From Candidatus Bathyarchaeota archaeon (GTDB taxonomy: Archaea > Thermoproteota > Bathyarchaeia > Bathyarchaeales > Bathycorpusculaceae), in NCBI GenBank assembly GCA_963739305.1, contig CAVTZU010000023.1:32001-96000 (forward strand): DNA of 64,000 nt. The letters run 5' to 3'. The translations under genes and the position numbers were made by a program. How positions within the stretch are numbered: the first letter of the stretch is position 1; each line of letters opens with the position of its first letter. Below, piece by piece: positions 1-9,081 of the stretch. The notes beneath the pieces are model-generated. The model had not been told where the DNA came from, did not search any database, and was given only the letters and a program-made list of their open reading frames with translations.

Positions 1-249
1 GACATGAATTTTATAGCTCATTATGCAGGATATCTTTCTGTCTTGGTTCAGAATTCATCATCTACGACCACCTATGTTCGAGTGATTTATTCTTACAACG
101 GTGTCAATTATGACAATCAAATAACGGTTGGTTCAGGTGGCACAGCAGTTTTCCCAATTCTACCGTCTGGAAGCATTGAGGTCAGGGTCGGCAACACAAG
201 TTTTGGTACTGGTCATACTCAAACCGTAACAATAACATTCTACTACTAG
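1..249 (+). CDS. Hypothetical protein, beta-rich C-terminal part (probably 5'-truncated by window edge)
   Basis: Frame is open from position 1 to TAG at 247-249; S/T/N/Y-rich beta-strand character; T-rich tract follows. Confidence 0.6.
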   Translation, partial: DMNFIAHYAGYLSVLVQNSSSTTTYVRVIYSYNGVNYDNQITVGSGGTAVFPILPSGSIEVRVGNTSFGTGHTQTVTITFYY

Positions 250-385
250 AACCCACTCTCTTTTTCCAGTTTAAATCACGCCGTACAAAAGGCTCTGTAC
301 GTGGTCTAATTAACTAAAACTGAATTGTAGATTCATAATACTTTTCTATAAACATGGTTCTTTACGTGTCATTGGTGGTGAAACA

Positions 386-475
386 GTGCCAAAAATTCGA
401 CCATATCTACGCAGGAAACCTGGAAACCAAAAGAGAACCGTCCACGTTAAAGGCTATTACAGACACAAAGCTTAA
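386..475 (+). CDS. Small basic protein, 29 aa (MPKIRPYLRRKPGNQKRTVHVKGYYRHKA); not in ORF track
   Basis: GTG start preceded by SD-like GGTGGTGA; TATA-like TTCTATAAA about 40 bp upstream; K/R-rich with VKGYYR motif. Confidence 0.55.
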   Translation: MPKIRPYLRRKPGNQKRTVHVKGYYRHKA

Positions 476-732
476 GGGACGTCCGTGAATGCTTCAGGCC
501 AACATAGGCTGATGCAAGCCCTACGCCAACCAGACGGTTACTCGCCTACAACCATTTCCATCATCTGATATGCCATTTTTTCCTATTGTGCTCAACGTCA
601 GGTGACACCCTGAAACTTGTATTTCCCCGATTGCTTGTTTTTGCTGTACTATGGTTCTAAACATAAAGTTGGAGATGCCAAGAAAGGTTTAAGGTCATCA
701 ACGACTTCTTGATCGGATTCATAGTGAGCAAT

Positions 733-1650
733 TTGGATCCAAGCATCATGGGAGAGTCCGCTGCGATACTGACGTCGGTTTGCTGGACTTTCGGCTCGAT
801 CGTGTTCACGTCCGCTGGCAAAAGAATCGGCTCATTCAGCGTCAATGCCTACAGGATAGTTATGGCCATCGGGCTTCTGGTTTGTGCACACGTTATTCTG
901 CTAGGCGCCGTGTTGCCCGCTGCAAATGGTGCACAGTGGTTTTGGATGGGGCTGAGCGGCATCGTCGGACTCGGTATCGGCGATTTTGCGTTGTTTGCGG
1001 CGTACGTCACGATTGGTCCGAGGCGTTCGGTTCTTGTGATGGCTGCAGCACCGATTTTTGCTTCCCTCGGGGCCTACGTGTTTCTGGGAGAAACGTTCTC
1101 ATCACTTTCGATAATCGGAATAACGGTCACGCTGACGGGCATTATTTTGGTTTTGCTTGGAAGAGAAGAAAAGTCAGAAGACATGTTTGCAGCAGAGAAA
1201 CGAAAGACGCGGGGCTTGCTGTTTGCCGTGATTGCGGCCCTCGGTCAGGGTTTCGGCGTTGTTCTTTCCAAGAAGGGAATGTATGTTGACGTGAGCGTGG
1301 CTATGAATCCTGTGTCGGCGGCGCTGATACGTGTGATGTTGGGAGCTTTGTTCGTGTGGGTTACGGCCATATTTGTTAGAAGACTGCCAGACCTGCACAA
1401 CGCGGTGAAGAACAAAGAAGGAATGAAATACACTGCTGCGGGTGCGTTCATCGGACCGTTCGTCGGCATGACGCTTTCCATGGTCGCCGTAGCTTACACT
1501 CAAGCAGGCATCGCACAAACGTTGATGTCCCTTATGCCCGTGATTATCATCCCCGTAGTGTGGGTGGTCTACAAGGAAAGGACCAGCTGGCGCGAAATGT
1601 TGGGAGCCGTGATAGCGGTCGTCGGAGTCGCACTTTTGTTCCTAACTTGA
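733..1650 (+). CDS. DMT/EamA family transporter
   Basis: About 10 hydrophobic helices in two EamA repeats (GLGIGD...GP; G.AQTL.SL.PV); TTG at 733 preferred over 709. Confidence 0.9.
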   Translation: MDPSIMGESAAILTSVCWTFGSIVFTSAGKRIGSFSVNAYRIVMAIGLLVCAHVILLGAVLPAANGAQWFWMGLSGIVGLGIGDFALFAAYVTIGPRRSVLVMAAAPIFASLGAYVFLGETFSSLSIIGITVTLTGIILVLLGREEKSEDMFAAEKRKTRGLLFAVIAALGQGFGVVLSKKGMYVDVSVAMNPVSAALIRVMLGALFVWVTAIFVRRLPDLHNAVKNKEGMKYTAAGAFIGPFVGMTLSMVAVAYTQAGIAQTLMSLMPVIIIPVVWVVYKERTSWREMLGAVIAVVGVALLFLT

Positions 1651-1719
1651 AAAGAGCAATCTAGCGCGCGCTAGTTTTACTCCAATCACAGTTTCTTCGT
1701 TTCTGTTGAAAGGCGCGCA

Positions 1720-2502
1720 CTAGAGACTGAGATCCACTTCAAAGAGATCTTGGAAGTTTTTTGCAACGTTTTCAGCAACCTCATCAGGGGTCAGTTTCTG
1801 CACTTCAGAGATCGCCTTAACGATCGTTGGGATAAATGCAGATGTTGTTCTCTTGCCTTTGAATGGGGGTTTGAAAAACTGCACTGGACCGTCGGTTTCC
1901 GTCAACAGGTGGGTGATTGGGACGTTCTTGACAACGTCGCGTATTTCGTCTGAATAGACGGTCGGGGCACCCTCAGAAATGTAGTAGCCTCTTTCAACGG
2001 CCATCGGAAGCGAGCTTATTGGCTTGCTGAACCAGTGGAGCAGAACTTTCTTCAGATTGTAGGAGGGAAGCATGTCGATGATTTGGGCCGTCGTGCCTCT
2101 CGAGTGAATTATGGCCGGCAGGTCAAGCTGTTCAGCAGCGTGAAGCATTAGGTCGAAGACTTTCAACTGCTTTTCCCAAATGTCCATGTACTTTGAATCG
2201 AGCCCTATTTCACCGATCGCCACAAGAGACTTGTTCTGCGATTGTTTCTTCAACAGCTCAAGAGCCTGCTGCAATTCGTCTTCGGAGAGTCTCTTTACCA
2301 CCCAGGGGTGGATTCCCAAGGCAGCATAGACGGCTCCTGGAAACCGTTCTGCGAGTTCAAGGCTCTTGATGCATGTTTTCAGGTCCATGGAGTTAGAAAC
2401 CATGGCAACGACGTCTGCATCCTTGGCTTCCTGCACGACTTCATTAATACAAGGTAAGTACTCTTCGTCAGACAGATGTATGTGTGCATCGACCAGCTTC
2501 AT
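1720..2502 (-). CDS. tatD: TatD family metal-dependent nuclease
   Basis: DAHIH, GIHPW, IGEIGLD, IIHSR, LLHWF and ETDGP motifs. Confidence 0.93.
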   Translation of the reverse strand: MKLVDAHIHLSDEEYLPCINEVVQEAKDADVVAMVSNSMDLKTCIKSLELAERFPGAVYAALGIHPWVVKRLSEDELQQALELLKKQSQNKSLVAIGEIGLDSKYMDIWEKQLKVFDLMLHAAEQLDLPAIIHSRGTTAQIIDMLPSYNLKKVLLHWFSKPISSLPMAVERGYYISEGAPTVYSDEIRDVVKNVPITHLLTETDGPVQFFKPPFKGKRTTSAFIPTIVKAISEVQKLTPDEVAENVAKNFQDLFEVDLSL

Positions 2503-2676
2503 TGGACATCACCGTTGCTTGTCACTCAATTATTTGGCTTTTATGACTTCCGTACCCAAAAAAAGACCATTTTCAACCACGACGAGAGAGAAGAAGGCGA
2601 TTCTTCGTAAGGGTATCGTGAACAACAAACGTTAAATACGGCTTTAAAGAGAAAAAGAGGCTACGGAGGACTATTT

Positions 2677-2898
2677 ATGGTCGATTTAGAGTTGGCCGTA
2701 GCTCCAATGCACCGATTGTGCAAAAAGGCTGGAGCTGACAGAGTAAGCGAGGCGGCGGCGAAGGAGTTGGCCAAAGCGCTCGAAGAAATTGGCGTGAAAA
2801 TCGCGAAAGAAGCCTTGGATTTTGCAATGCATGCTGGAAGGAAGACGATAAAGTCAGAGGACATAGAGATCGCAGCCAAAAAAGTCATGGGCAAATAA
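2677..2898 (+). CDS. Archaeal histone (HMf-type)
   Basis: [18 protein letters not shown]...[12 protein letters not shown] histone-fold signature; GGAGG SD. Confidence 0.96.
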   Translation: MVDLELAVAPMHRLCKKAGADRVSEAAAKELAKALEEIGVKIAKEALDFAMHAGRKTIKSEDIEIAAKKVMGK

Positions 2899-3059
2899 CT
2901 TCGGCTCAATTTCTCCTTTCTTTTTTCAATATTTCCCAGCGAAGGCAGGTCGCTCTCTGATTTCTAAAATCTCAATTAATAATCATGGTGTGAATGGAAT
3001 TCTAGGTGGAAAACCCTTAAGAACCACTATTCAAACTTCAATTCTGGAAGCTGATTAGC

Positions 3060-3380
3060 ATGGGTGGCAAGAAGAAGCTCAGCCTGAAACAGATTGAACG
3101 AACACAAGGCAAGAAGGATGCAGAAGACAAGGACAAGAAGAAGAAAGAAAAGGCAGGACCAAAAGAGAGGAAAGCCTCGTCGATTGTTCCGCCGGATTTC
3201 AAGAGCGACAAGACTATCGGCGAACTGAAGAAGATGCACGTTTTGACGCCGTACGCGGTGGCGACACGGTTCAATATTCGAATTAGCGCGGCCAAAGACA
3301 TGCTGGACCAGCTGCAGCAGAACGGCACGATAAAGTATGTTTCAGGAAACCACAACATCAAGATATACAGTGTAGACTAG
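3060..3380 (+). CDS. rps25e: 30S ribosomal protein S25e
   Basis: MGGKKK basic N-terminus; LTPYAVATRFNIRISAAK winged-helix core. Confidence 0.9.
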   Translation: MGGKKKLSLKQIERTQGKKDAEDKDKKKKEKAGPKERKASSIVPPDFKSDKTIGELKKMHVLTPYAVATRFNIRISAAKDMLDQLQQNGTIKYVSGNHNIKIYSVD

Positions 3381-3420
3381 ACAATCTTCCGCGCATAATT
3401 CATTTTCTGGTTGTCAACGA

Positions 3421-3918
3421 TTGAAAAGTCAAGACCAACCCAAATTCCCCAAGAGAGTTTACACAGAAGACGAAGTGAAAACGGCCAAAACATTGATCGA
3501 CAACGGATACAAACATCATGTAACAGTCAGAGGAAGCACCTTTTTCAAACAAAAAGTCGAGAAGGCGATTGCACTCGTCAAGACAGCTGGGTACTACGAT
3601 TTTTTCAGAACCTATATCGCGAGAGTTCAAGAGATCGACGGTGTGACGCAGCTTCGCCAGTCAGAAGCCAGCATTTGGGCAAATGATTATACCGTCGAGA
3701 ACCCGGTTGATGCAGGTAGCGTTTTCGTACAGAAGGCCAGTCACATGAAGGAGTATCTTGAAGGAGCCCTGTACTATGGTGGCCAAGCTGAAAAACGCTC
3801 GGACGAAAAAAGGATAGAGTTTCTCGAAGCCCTCAAAAAGAAGAGTTCGAAGAAAGAAGTCGTAGCCGAGTGCGAGCGGCTCATCAAGATGTGGAAGGAC
3901 AGCGCCCTGGTTTACTGA
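3421..3918 (+). CDS. Hypothetical protein (possible degenerate zincin-like fold)
   Basis: 165-aa ORF with normal composition 40 bp after rps25e; family not recognised with confidence. Confidence 0.7.
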   Translation: MKSQDQPKFPKRVYTEDEVKTAKTLIDNGYKHHVTVRGSTFFKQKVEKAIALVKTAGYYDFFRTYIARVQEIDGVTQLRQSEASIWANDYTVENPVDAGSVFVQKASHMKEYLEGALYYGGQAEKRSDEKRIEFLEALKKKSSKKEVVAECERLIKMWKDSALVY

Positions 3919-4349
3919 ACGCCTTCAACCTTGATTTTTGTGCCACTCTTGATCTGCTTGAAAACGTCAACGTTGCCAGTTATCTTTCCGATAATGTTGA
4001 CTGGACTATAGGGCTGAGATTTTCCGTAGAAGATGCATATCGCGCTTCCCATAGGCCAGAATGCAATGGTCCCGGTCTCAACGACGGGTTTGGCTTTTTC
4101 CTCTCCCATCTTGATCGGTGTTTCAAAATAGACTTCTTCCTTCCACTGTGCGATTCTACCTTCTATGGGCAGTTTACGCACGATCATGTCAATGGTCCTG
4201 GGGGCTAGGAAACGCACGAGTTCTCCTTCAACTTCGCCGTTGTTCTCGATGGTGAATTTCACTTTGATGCGGGAGACTTCTACTTTTTCAGGCTCTACCT
4301 TTTCGGGCTCTACCTTTTCGGCGTTCGGAGCTTTTTCGTCGTCGCTCAT
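3912..4349 (-). CDS. Cyclophilin-like fold protein (DUF369/TM1367-like)
   Basis: APRT...LPIEG...W.EEVYF...G.IAFWP.G.AICIFYG...SPVNIIGKI pattern. Confidence 0.85.
   Translation of the reverse strand: MSDDEKAPNAEKVEPEKVEPEKVEVSRIKVKFTIENNGEVEGELVRFLAPRTIDMIVRKLPIEGRIAQWKEEVYFETPIKMGEEKAKPVVETGTIAFWPMGSAICIFYGKSQPYSPVNIIGKITGNVDVFKQIKSGTKIKVEGVQ
4278..4320. repeat. In-frame 15-bp tandem repeat encoding EKVEP units
   Basis: GGCTCTACCTTTTCG exact at 4291-4305 and 4306-4320, plus a partial copy at 4278-4290. Confidence 0.85.
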
Positions 4350-5680
4350 TGATTATTCACGCTTCTCTTGACGAAATCATCTAGAATTTGTTCGAGCGAA
4401 ATTGGACCGAGAACCTTCAGCTCATACTTGACTCTTACGGTGGGCTGGTTGATCGTTACGACTCTTCTCAGGTCGATAGGGGTTCCGATGACCACTACGT
4501 CGCACGGTGTGTTATCGATCGTTTCTTTGAGCTCTTCAACCTGTTTTCCACTGTAACCCAACGCGGGAAGAATCGCGCCTAAGTGTTGATACTTCTTGAA
4601 CGCTTCCTTGATCGACCCAACAGCGTACGGTCGCGGGTCAACAATCTCTCCTGCCCCGTACTTCTTTGCAAATATCATCCCAGCGCCGTAGGGCATCATC
4701 CCATGAGTTATCGTTGGACCATCCTCAATTACCAACACGCGTTTTCCTTTGATCATGTCTGGTTTGTCAGCCGTTATCGGTGAAGCGGCCTCCAGAACTT
4801 TCGCAGAGGGATTGACTAGTTTTATGTTTTCTTTGACCTGCTTCACCTTTTGAGGGTCAGCCGTGTCAACCTTATTGATTATTATGACGTCGGCCATTCG
4901 CAGGTTTGTCTCGCCTGGATGATAAGTCAACTCGTGTCCAGCCCTATGAGGGTCGGCTACGACGATGTTCAGGTCTGGCTTGTAGAAGGGCAGATCATTG
5001 TTGCCGCCGTCCCAAACTATGACGTCCGCTTCTTTCTCTGCTTCTTCCAGAATTCTTCCATAGTCGACGCCTGCGTACACTATTATGCCGTTGTCGATGT
5101 GGGGTTCGTATTCCTCTCTTTCCTCGATTGTGCACTCGTATTTGTCCAAATCCTCGTAGGAGGCGAAGCGCTCCCAAATCTGCTTGCGCAAATCTCCGTA
5201 AGGCATCGGATGTCGAATTGCAGCAACGCACAAGCCTCTGTTCTTCAGGATCTTGGCAACCTGTCTGGAAGTCTGGCTTTTTCCTGATCCTGTTCTGACA
5301 GCGCAGATTGAGACAACTGGGACATCTGCTTTAAGCATCGTGGTCTTGGGACCCATCAAACGAAAATCGGGGCCTTCGGCAAGTGCGGCCGATGCTTTAT
5401 GCATTACGTACTCATGAGAGACATCACTGTAAGCGAATACAACCTCGTCGATATCGTATTCTTTTATGAGCTTTGGCAGTTGGTCTTCGGGGTATATCGG
5501 TATTCCTTTCGGATACTTGGGACCTGCCAGCTCTGGTGGGTAGCTTCTTCCCTCTATTCCTGGAATCTGCGTGGCTGTGAAGGCCACAACCTCGTAGGCA
5601 TCGTTGTTTCTGTAGTAGACGTTGAAGTTGTGGAAGTCCCTGCCAGCCGCGCCCATTATAATGACTTTAGTCTTGCTCAT
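4346..5680 (-). CDS. COG2403 P-loop NTPase (cDPGS-related); probable arginine synthetase ArcE-like
   Basis: GAAGRDFHNFN...AFTATQIP N-terminus, RTGSGKS P-loop, RHPMPYG, TIEEREEYE, WDGGNND and EDGPT motifs. Confidence 0.85.
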   Translation of the reverse strand: MSKTKVIIMGAAGRDFHNFNVYYRNNDAYEVVAFTATQIPGIEGRSYPPELAGPKYPKGIPIYPEDQLPKLIKEYDIDEVVFAYSDVSHEYVMHKASAALAEGPDFRLMGPKTTMLKADVPVVSICAVRTGSGKSQTSRQVAKILKNRGLCVAAIRHPMPYGDLRKQIWERFASYEDLDKYECTIEEREEYEPHIDNGIIVYAGVDYGRILEEAEKEADVIVWDGGNNDLPFYKPDLNIVVADPHRAGHELTYHPGETNLRMADVIIINKVDTADPQKVKQVKENIKLVNPSAKVLEAASPITADKPDMIKGKRVLVIEDGPTITHGMMPYGAGMIFAKKYGAGEIVDPRPYAVGSIKEAFKKYQHLGAILPALGYSGKQVEELKETIDNTPCDVVVIGTPIDLRRVVTINQPTVRVKYELKVLGPISLEQILDDFVKRSVNNQ

Positions 5681-5765
5681 GAATGATACCTCTTAAAACC
5701 CTCAGCTGAACTGGGGGGATTTGATTACTAGAGGATGATTCTATTTAAACCTAGCGTGCAAGCGT

Positions 5766-6869
5766 TCAGCGCAATAGCTTCAGTACCGTTTCTCCTATGA
5801 AGTCGATCTGTTTCGGGGTGACGCCTGGATGAACGGGCAGGGAGAAGACCTGTTTTGAACAGGTCTCTGTGACCGGCAGTTTGTGCGTGACAAACTTGCG
5901 GTAGTAGGGCATCATATGGATTGGGTTCACGTAACAGATGAAGGCGCCTATTCCCTCTTGCTTGAGCTTCTCAACGAATGCGTCCCTTTTCTCTTTCTTG
6001 GCGTTCTTCAATCTAACCGTGTAGAGGTAGTAGCTGGGTTTGAAGCCTTCAGGTTCGGTTGGCAACTGGAGTTTCTTAGATTTCTCAAGTATCCCGCTCA
6101 GAGATTTTGCGTTCGCGCGCCTTTTGGCAACGAACTTGGGCAGTTTCCTTAGTTGTACAGAGCCGATTGCAGCTTCAATTTCGGGCATGTGGTAATTGTG
6201 TCCCAGCATCAGGGACATGTACTTCTCCTTCTCACCGTGACTTCGAATTATCCTTGTGGTTTCTTCGATTTCACTACTGTTGGTCGTGAGCATTCCGCCT
6301 TCACCGGTCGTCATGTTCTTGCTTCCATAGAAACTCCAACATGCAGCGTCAGCGAAAGTTCCCGGGGGCTTCCCCATATAAGTGGCTCCGTGAGCTTGAG
6401 CTGCGTCCTCAACTATCTTCAACCCGTGCTTGTCGGCGATTTCACGTATTGGCTTCATGTCTGCGGGTATCCCATACAGGTCCACGGGCACTATAGCCCG
6501 GGTCTTCTTCGTGATGACTTTCTCAATTTTCTCAGGTGTGATAGTGTAGGTGTCAGGGTTAATGTCAACGAAGACGGGCCTAGCTCGGTTGAAAACAACT
6601 ACCTCGGCTGTCGCAACAAACGTGAAGCTCGGCAATATGACCTCGTTGCCCTGTTTCACACCCACCGCTGCCAAAGCAGAATGTAGTGCTGCTGTTCCCG
6701 TGTTCATGGCAATGGCGTGCTTCGCCCTCGCGTACTTCGCAAAAGCGTTCTCGAACGCTTTCACCATCGGGCCAGCGCCGACGCCGTGAGTCAGAATACC
6801 GCTCTTCAGAACTCTTGCGACGGCGTCGATCTCTTCTTTGTCAATCTGCGGACGATTTATCTGAATCAT
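5766..6869 (-). CDS. DegT/DnrJ/EryC1/StrS PLP aminotransferase
   Basis: GTAALH, SFTFVAT, EDAAQAHGA and SFYGSKNMTTGEGG (PLP Lys). Confidence 0.95.
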   Translation of the reverse strand: MIQINRPQIDKEEIDAVARVLKSGILTHGVGAGPMVKAFENAFAKYARAKHAIAMNTGTAALHSALAAVGVKQGNEVILPSFTFVATAEVVVFNRARPVFVDINPDTYTITPEKIEKVITKKTRAIVPVDLYGIPADMKPIREIADKHGLKIVEDAAQAHGATYMGKPPGTFADAACWSFYGSKNMTTGEGGMLTTNSSEIEETTRIIRSHGEKEKYMSLMLGHNYHMPEIEAAIGSVQLRKLPKFVAKRRANAKSLSGILEKSKKLQLPTEPEGFKPSYYLYTVRLKNAKKEKRDAFVEKLKQEGIGAFICYVNPIHMMPYYRKFVTHKLPVTETCSKQVFSLPVHPGVTPKQIDFIGETVLKLLR

Positions 6870-6926
6870 CTAGACCGTCTCGTGGCTACTGTAGTTTTTC
6901 TATGTTAATAACCTATGCGCATTCTG

Positions 6927-7598
6927 CTAATCGCTGAGCTGTTTCCAGAAGGAGCGTGGAATTGAATGGTGGTTTTCAGTGAATCTAACTCTTTTCAGGA
7001 AATCTTCCTTCTCTTTTTCGACCTCGATCTTTCGTTTGTTCAGAAACTCCAGTTCCTCGGAAATCTCTTCAAGCCAGTCTCTGATCGCAATGCTGCATTC
7101 TTCCGGGGTCATTTTGGCAAGGTAAGGTGAGACGTCGGATGGCGCACCTTTCTTGATCAGGTTCAAAGGATAGTTAATGAGCTGAAGTTTCTGGAATGGA
7201 AAGAAATGTCTCGTAGAACGGGGGTGCATCAGTTTTCCGCTGAGTCCTGTCGAGATCACGTGTTCAACGGAAATTTCTCCGCTGAAATCGCTCTCGTAAC
7301 GGTGAATTCTTCTTCGCCCGACGCGAATTGCTGGTCTCATGAAGGCATCAACAAGCATCACTGGCAAGTACTCGTAACCGAGGCTTTTTAGAACTAGCCA
7401 GCGGTGCATCCCGTCCAAGATGACACGTGTTTTTTCGTCCGCAACCACCGGATACTTTAACACACCATCCCTCTGGATTTCTCGTCTGAGAAGCTCTAGA
7501 TACATTGGCGAACCTTTTTCATGGGGTCTAAGTTCATCGATAGGCAGCAGGGCGATCTTAACGTCGGCGTTCTCAGTTTTTAGGACAGTCGTGGTCAC
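6927..7598 (-). CDS. ParB/Srx-fold protein, SerK/SbnI (free serine kinase)-like, with C-terminal coiled coil
   Basis: LRPHE, ILDGMHRW and PRSTRHFFPF motifs; no HTH; starts 8 bp after trpB2 stop. Confidence 0.75.
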   Translation of the reverse strand: MTTTVLKTENADVKIALLPIDELRPHEKGSPMYLELLRREIQRDGVLKYPVVADEKTRVILDGMHRWLVLKSLGYEYLPVMLVDAFMRPAIRVGRRRIHRYESDFSGEISVEHVISTGLSGKLMHPRSTRHFFPFQKLQLINYPLNLIKKGAPSDVSPYLAKMTPEECSIAIRDWLEEISEELEFLNKRKIEVEKEKEDFLKRVRFTENHHSIPRSFWKQLSD

Positions 7599-7606
7599 AG
7601 GTTATT

Positions 7607-8970
7607 TCACCTTTTCATGGTGAAGGTCGGCACTTCAATTTTCACTGGCGCGTACTCGATGAGGGTTCCGGCCAGATACTGCTCGTAGGCTGACAGGTCA
7701 AGCAGTCCGTGTCCGCTGTAGTTCATAGCTATCACTTTTTTCTGCCCGGTTTTCTTGCATCTCAATGCTTCGTCTATGACGAATTTTAGGCTGTGTGCCG
7801 TTTCTGGCGCTGTGATCATGCCCTCTGTCTGTGCGAGTGTCTTTGCGGCGTCAAAGACTTCCGATTTGATTGTAGGCAACAGAGTGTTGCGTACCCTTTG
7901 TGGATGAGATAAGAAATCAGTGGTGACATGCCGTGATACCTCAATCCGCCTGCGTGGACCGGTGGGCAAGCGTAGTCGTGCCCTATTGTCAGCATCTTGA
8001 TCAGCGGGGTCATCTTGCCCGTGTCTCCGAAATCGTAGGTGTAGACGCCTCTGGTTGTGTGTGGAACTGCTTTGGATTCGCAAGCAACAAACTCGGTTTC
8101 ACTTTTGCCTTTGAGTTTGTCAGTCATGAATGGGAAGCAGAAGCCGCCGTAGTTCGAGCCGCCGCCTATACATCCGCAGACCACGTCTGGCTGGACGTCG
8201 ATGAGTTCAAATTGCTTCTTGGCTTCCAGCCCAATTATTGTTTGATGCATCAAAACGTGATTCAGTACGGATCCCAGAGAGTATCTAGTGTCGTCATGAG
8301 CCAGTGTATCTTCGACGGCTTCAGTGATGGCTATGCCAAGAGTGCCCGGGTTGTTCGGGTTTTCTTTCAGGAGTTTTCTGCCAAAGTTTGTTTGGTCGCT
8401 TGGCGAGGGAAACATTTCGGCGCCGTATACTTGGGCGATTATTCTTCTGCCCGGTTTCTGTTGGAAGCTTGTCCGGACCATGTAGATTCTGCATTTCAAG
8501 TCGAAAAGTTTGGTTGACATTGCCAGGGCTGTTCCCCATTGTCCGGCTCCTGTCTCAGTTGCAAGCCTTTCGATGCCTTGTTTCTTGTTGTAATAAGCCT
8601 GGGCGAGGGCCGTGTTGGGTTTGTGGCTGCCGGTCGGGCTGAAGTTTTCGCATTTGAAGTATATGTGTGCGGGTGTCTTGAGGAATTCTTCAAGTCGGTA
8701 CGCACGGTACAGCGGTGTCGGTCGTGGAAGACCGAAATAAGCATCGAGGACCTCATCGGGTATTTTGACGAACCGTTCGGTGCTGACTTCTTGTCCCACG
8801 AGTTCTTTTGCGAATATTCTTTCGAGCATCGCGGGGTTTATCGGGTTCATCGTCGTGGGGTCTAGGGGAGGCGGGAGGGGTTCGGGAAGGTCGGCTTGAA
8901 TGTTGTACCACGATGTTGGCTCTTCGTCTTGTTTCAGGGTCGTTATGTATTCTCGTTTAGCTCGTACCAT
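7607..8970 (-). CDS. trpB2: Tryptophan synthase beta type 2 (TrpB2), copy 1; two +1 frameshifts near 7865-7890 (probable sequence error)
   Basis: [39 protein letters not shown] and GGLRYHG; C-terminus ([14 protein letters not shown]) in another frame; removing two A's restores GYA-HSVAYNQ-SEVFDAA. Confidence 0.9.
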
Positions 8971-8982
8971 TTGTTCCACCAA

Positions 8983-9064
8983 TGAACATTTATGTACATA
9001 TATGTACGTTAGACACAATCTAATCGCACGAACATATTTATACTTTATTGCACAGAAATGTACA
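8983..9064. promoter_or_regulatory. Array of TRP-box-like (TGTACA) TrpY operator sites in the divergent trpB2/trpY promoter
   Basis: TGAACA 8983, TGTACA 8993, TGTACG 9003, TGCACA 9049 and TGTACA 9059; 10-bp period within each group; TATA-like TATTTATA between the groups. Confidence 0.8.
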
Positions 9065-9081
9065 TTAAGGAAGACGAAAGA

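Noticed and set aside
5766-6869. DegT aminotransferase as part of the TrpY-regulated module
   Set aside because: Separated by a 57-bp spacer with its own TATA-like element; no evident biochemical link, though read-through is not excluded
6927-7598. ParB protein as a chromosome or plasmid partition gene
   Set aside because: No HTH, no parA neighbour and no parS-like repeats; the C-terminal PxxTRH motif points to the SerK/SbnI-like branch
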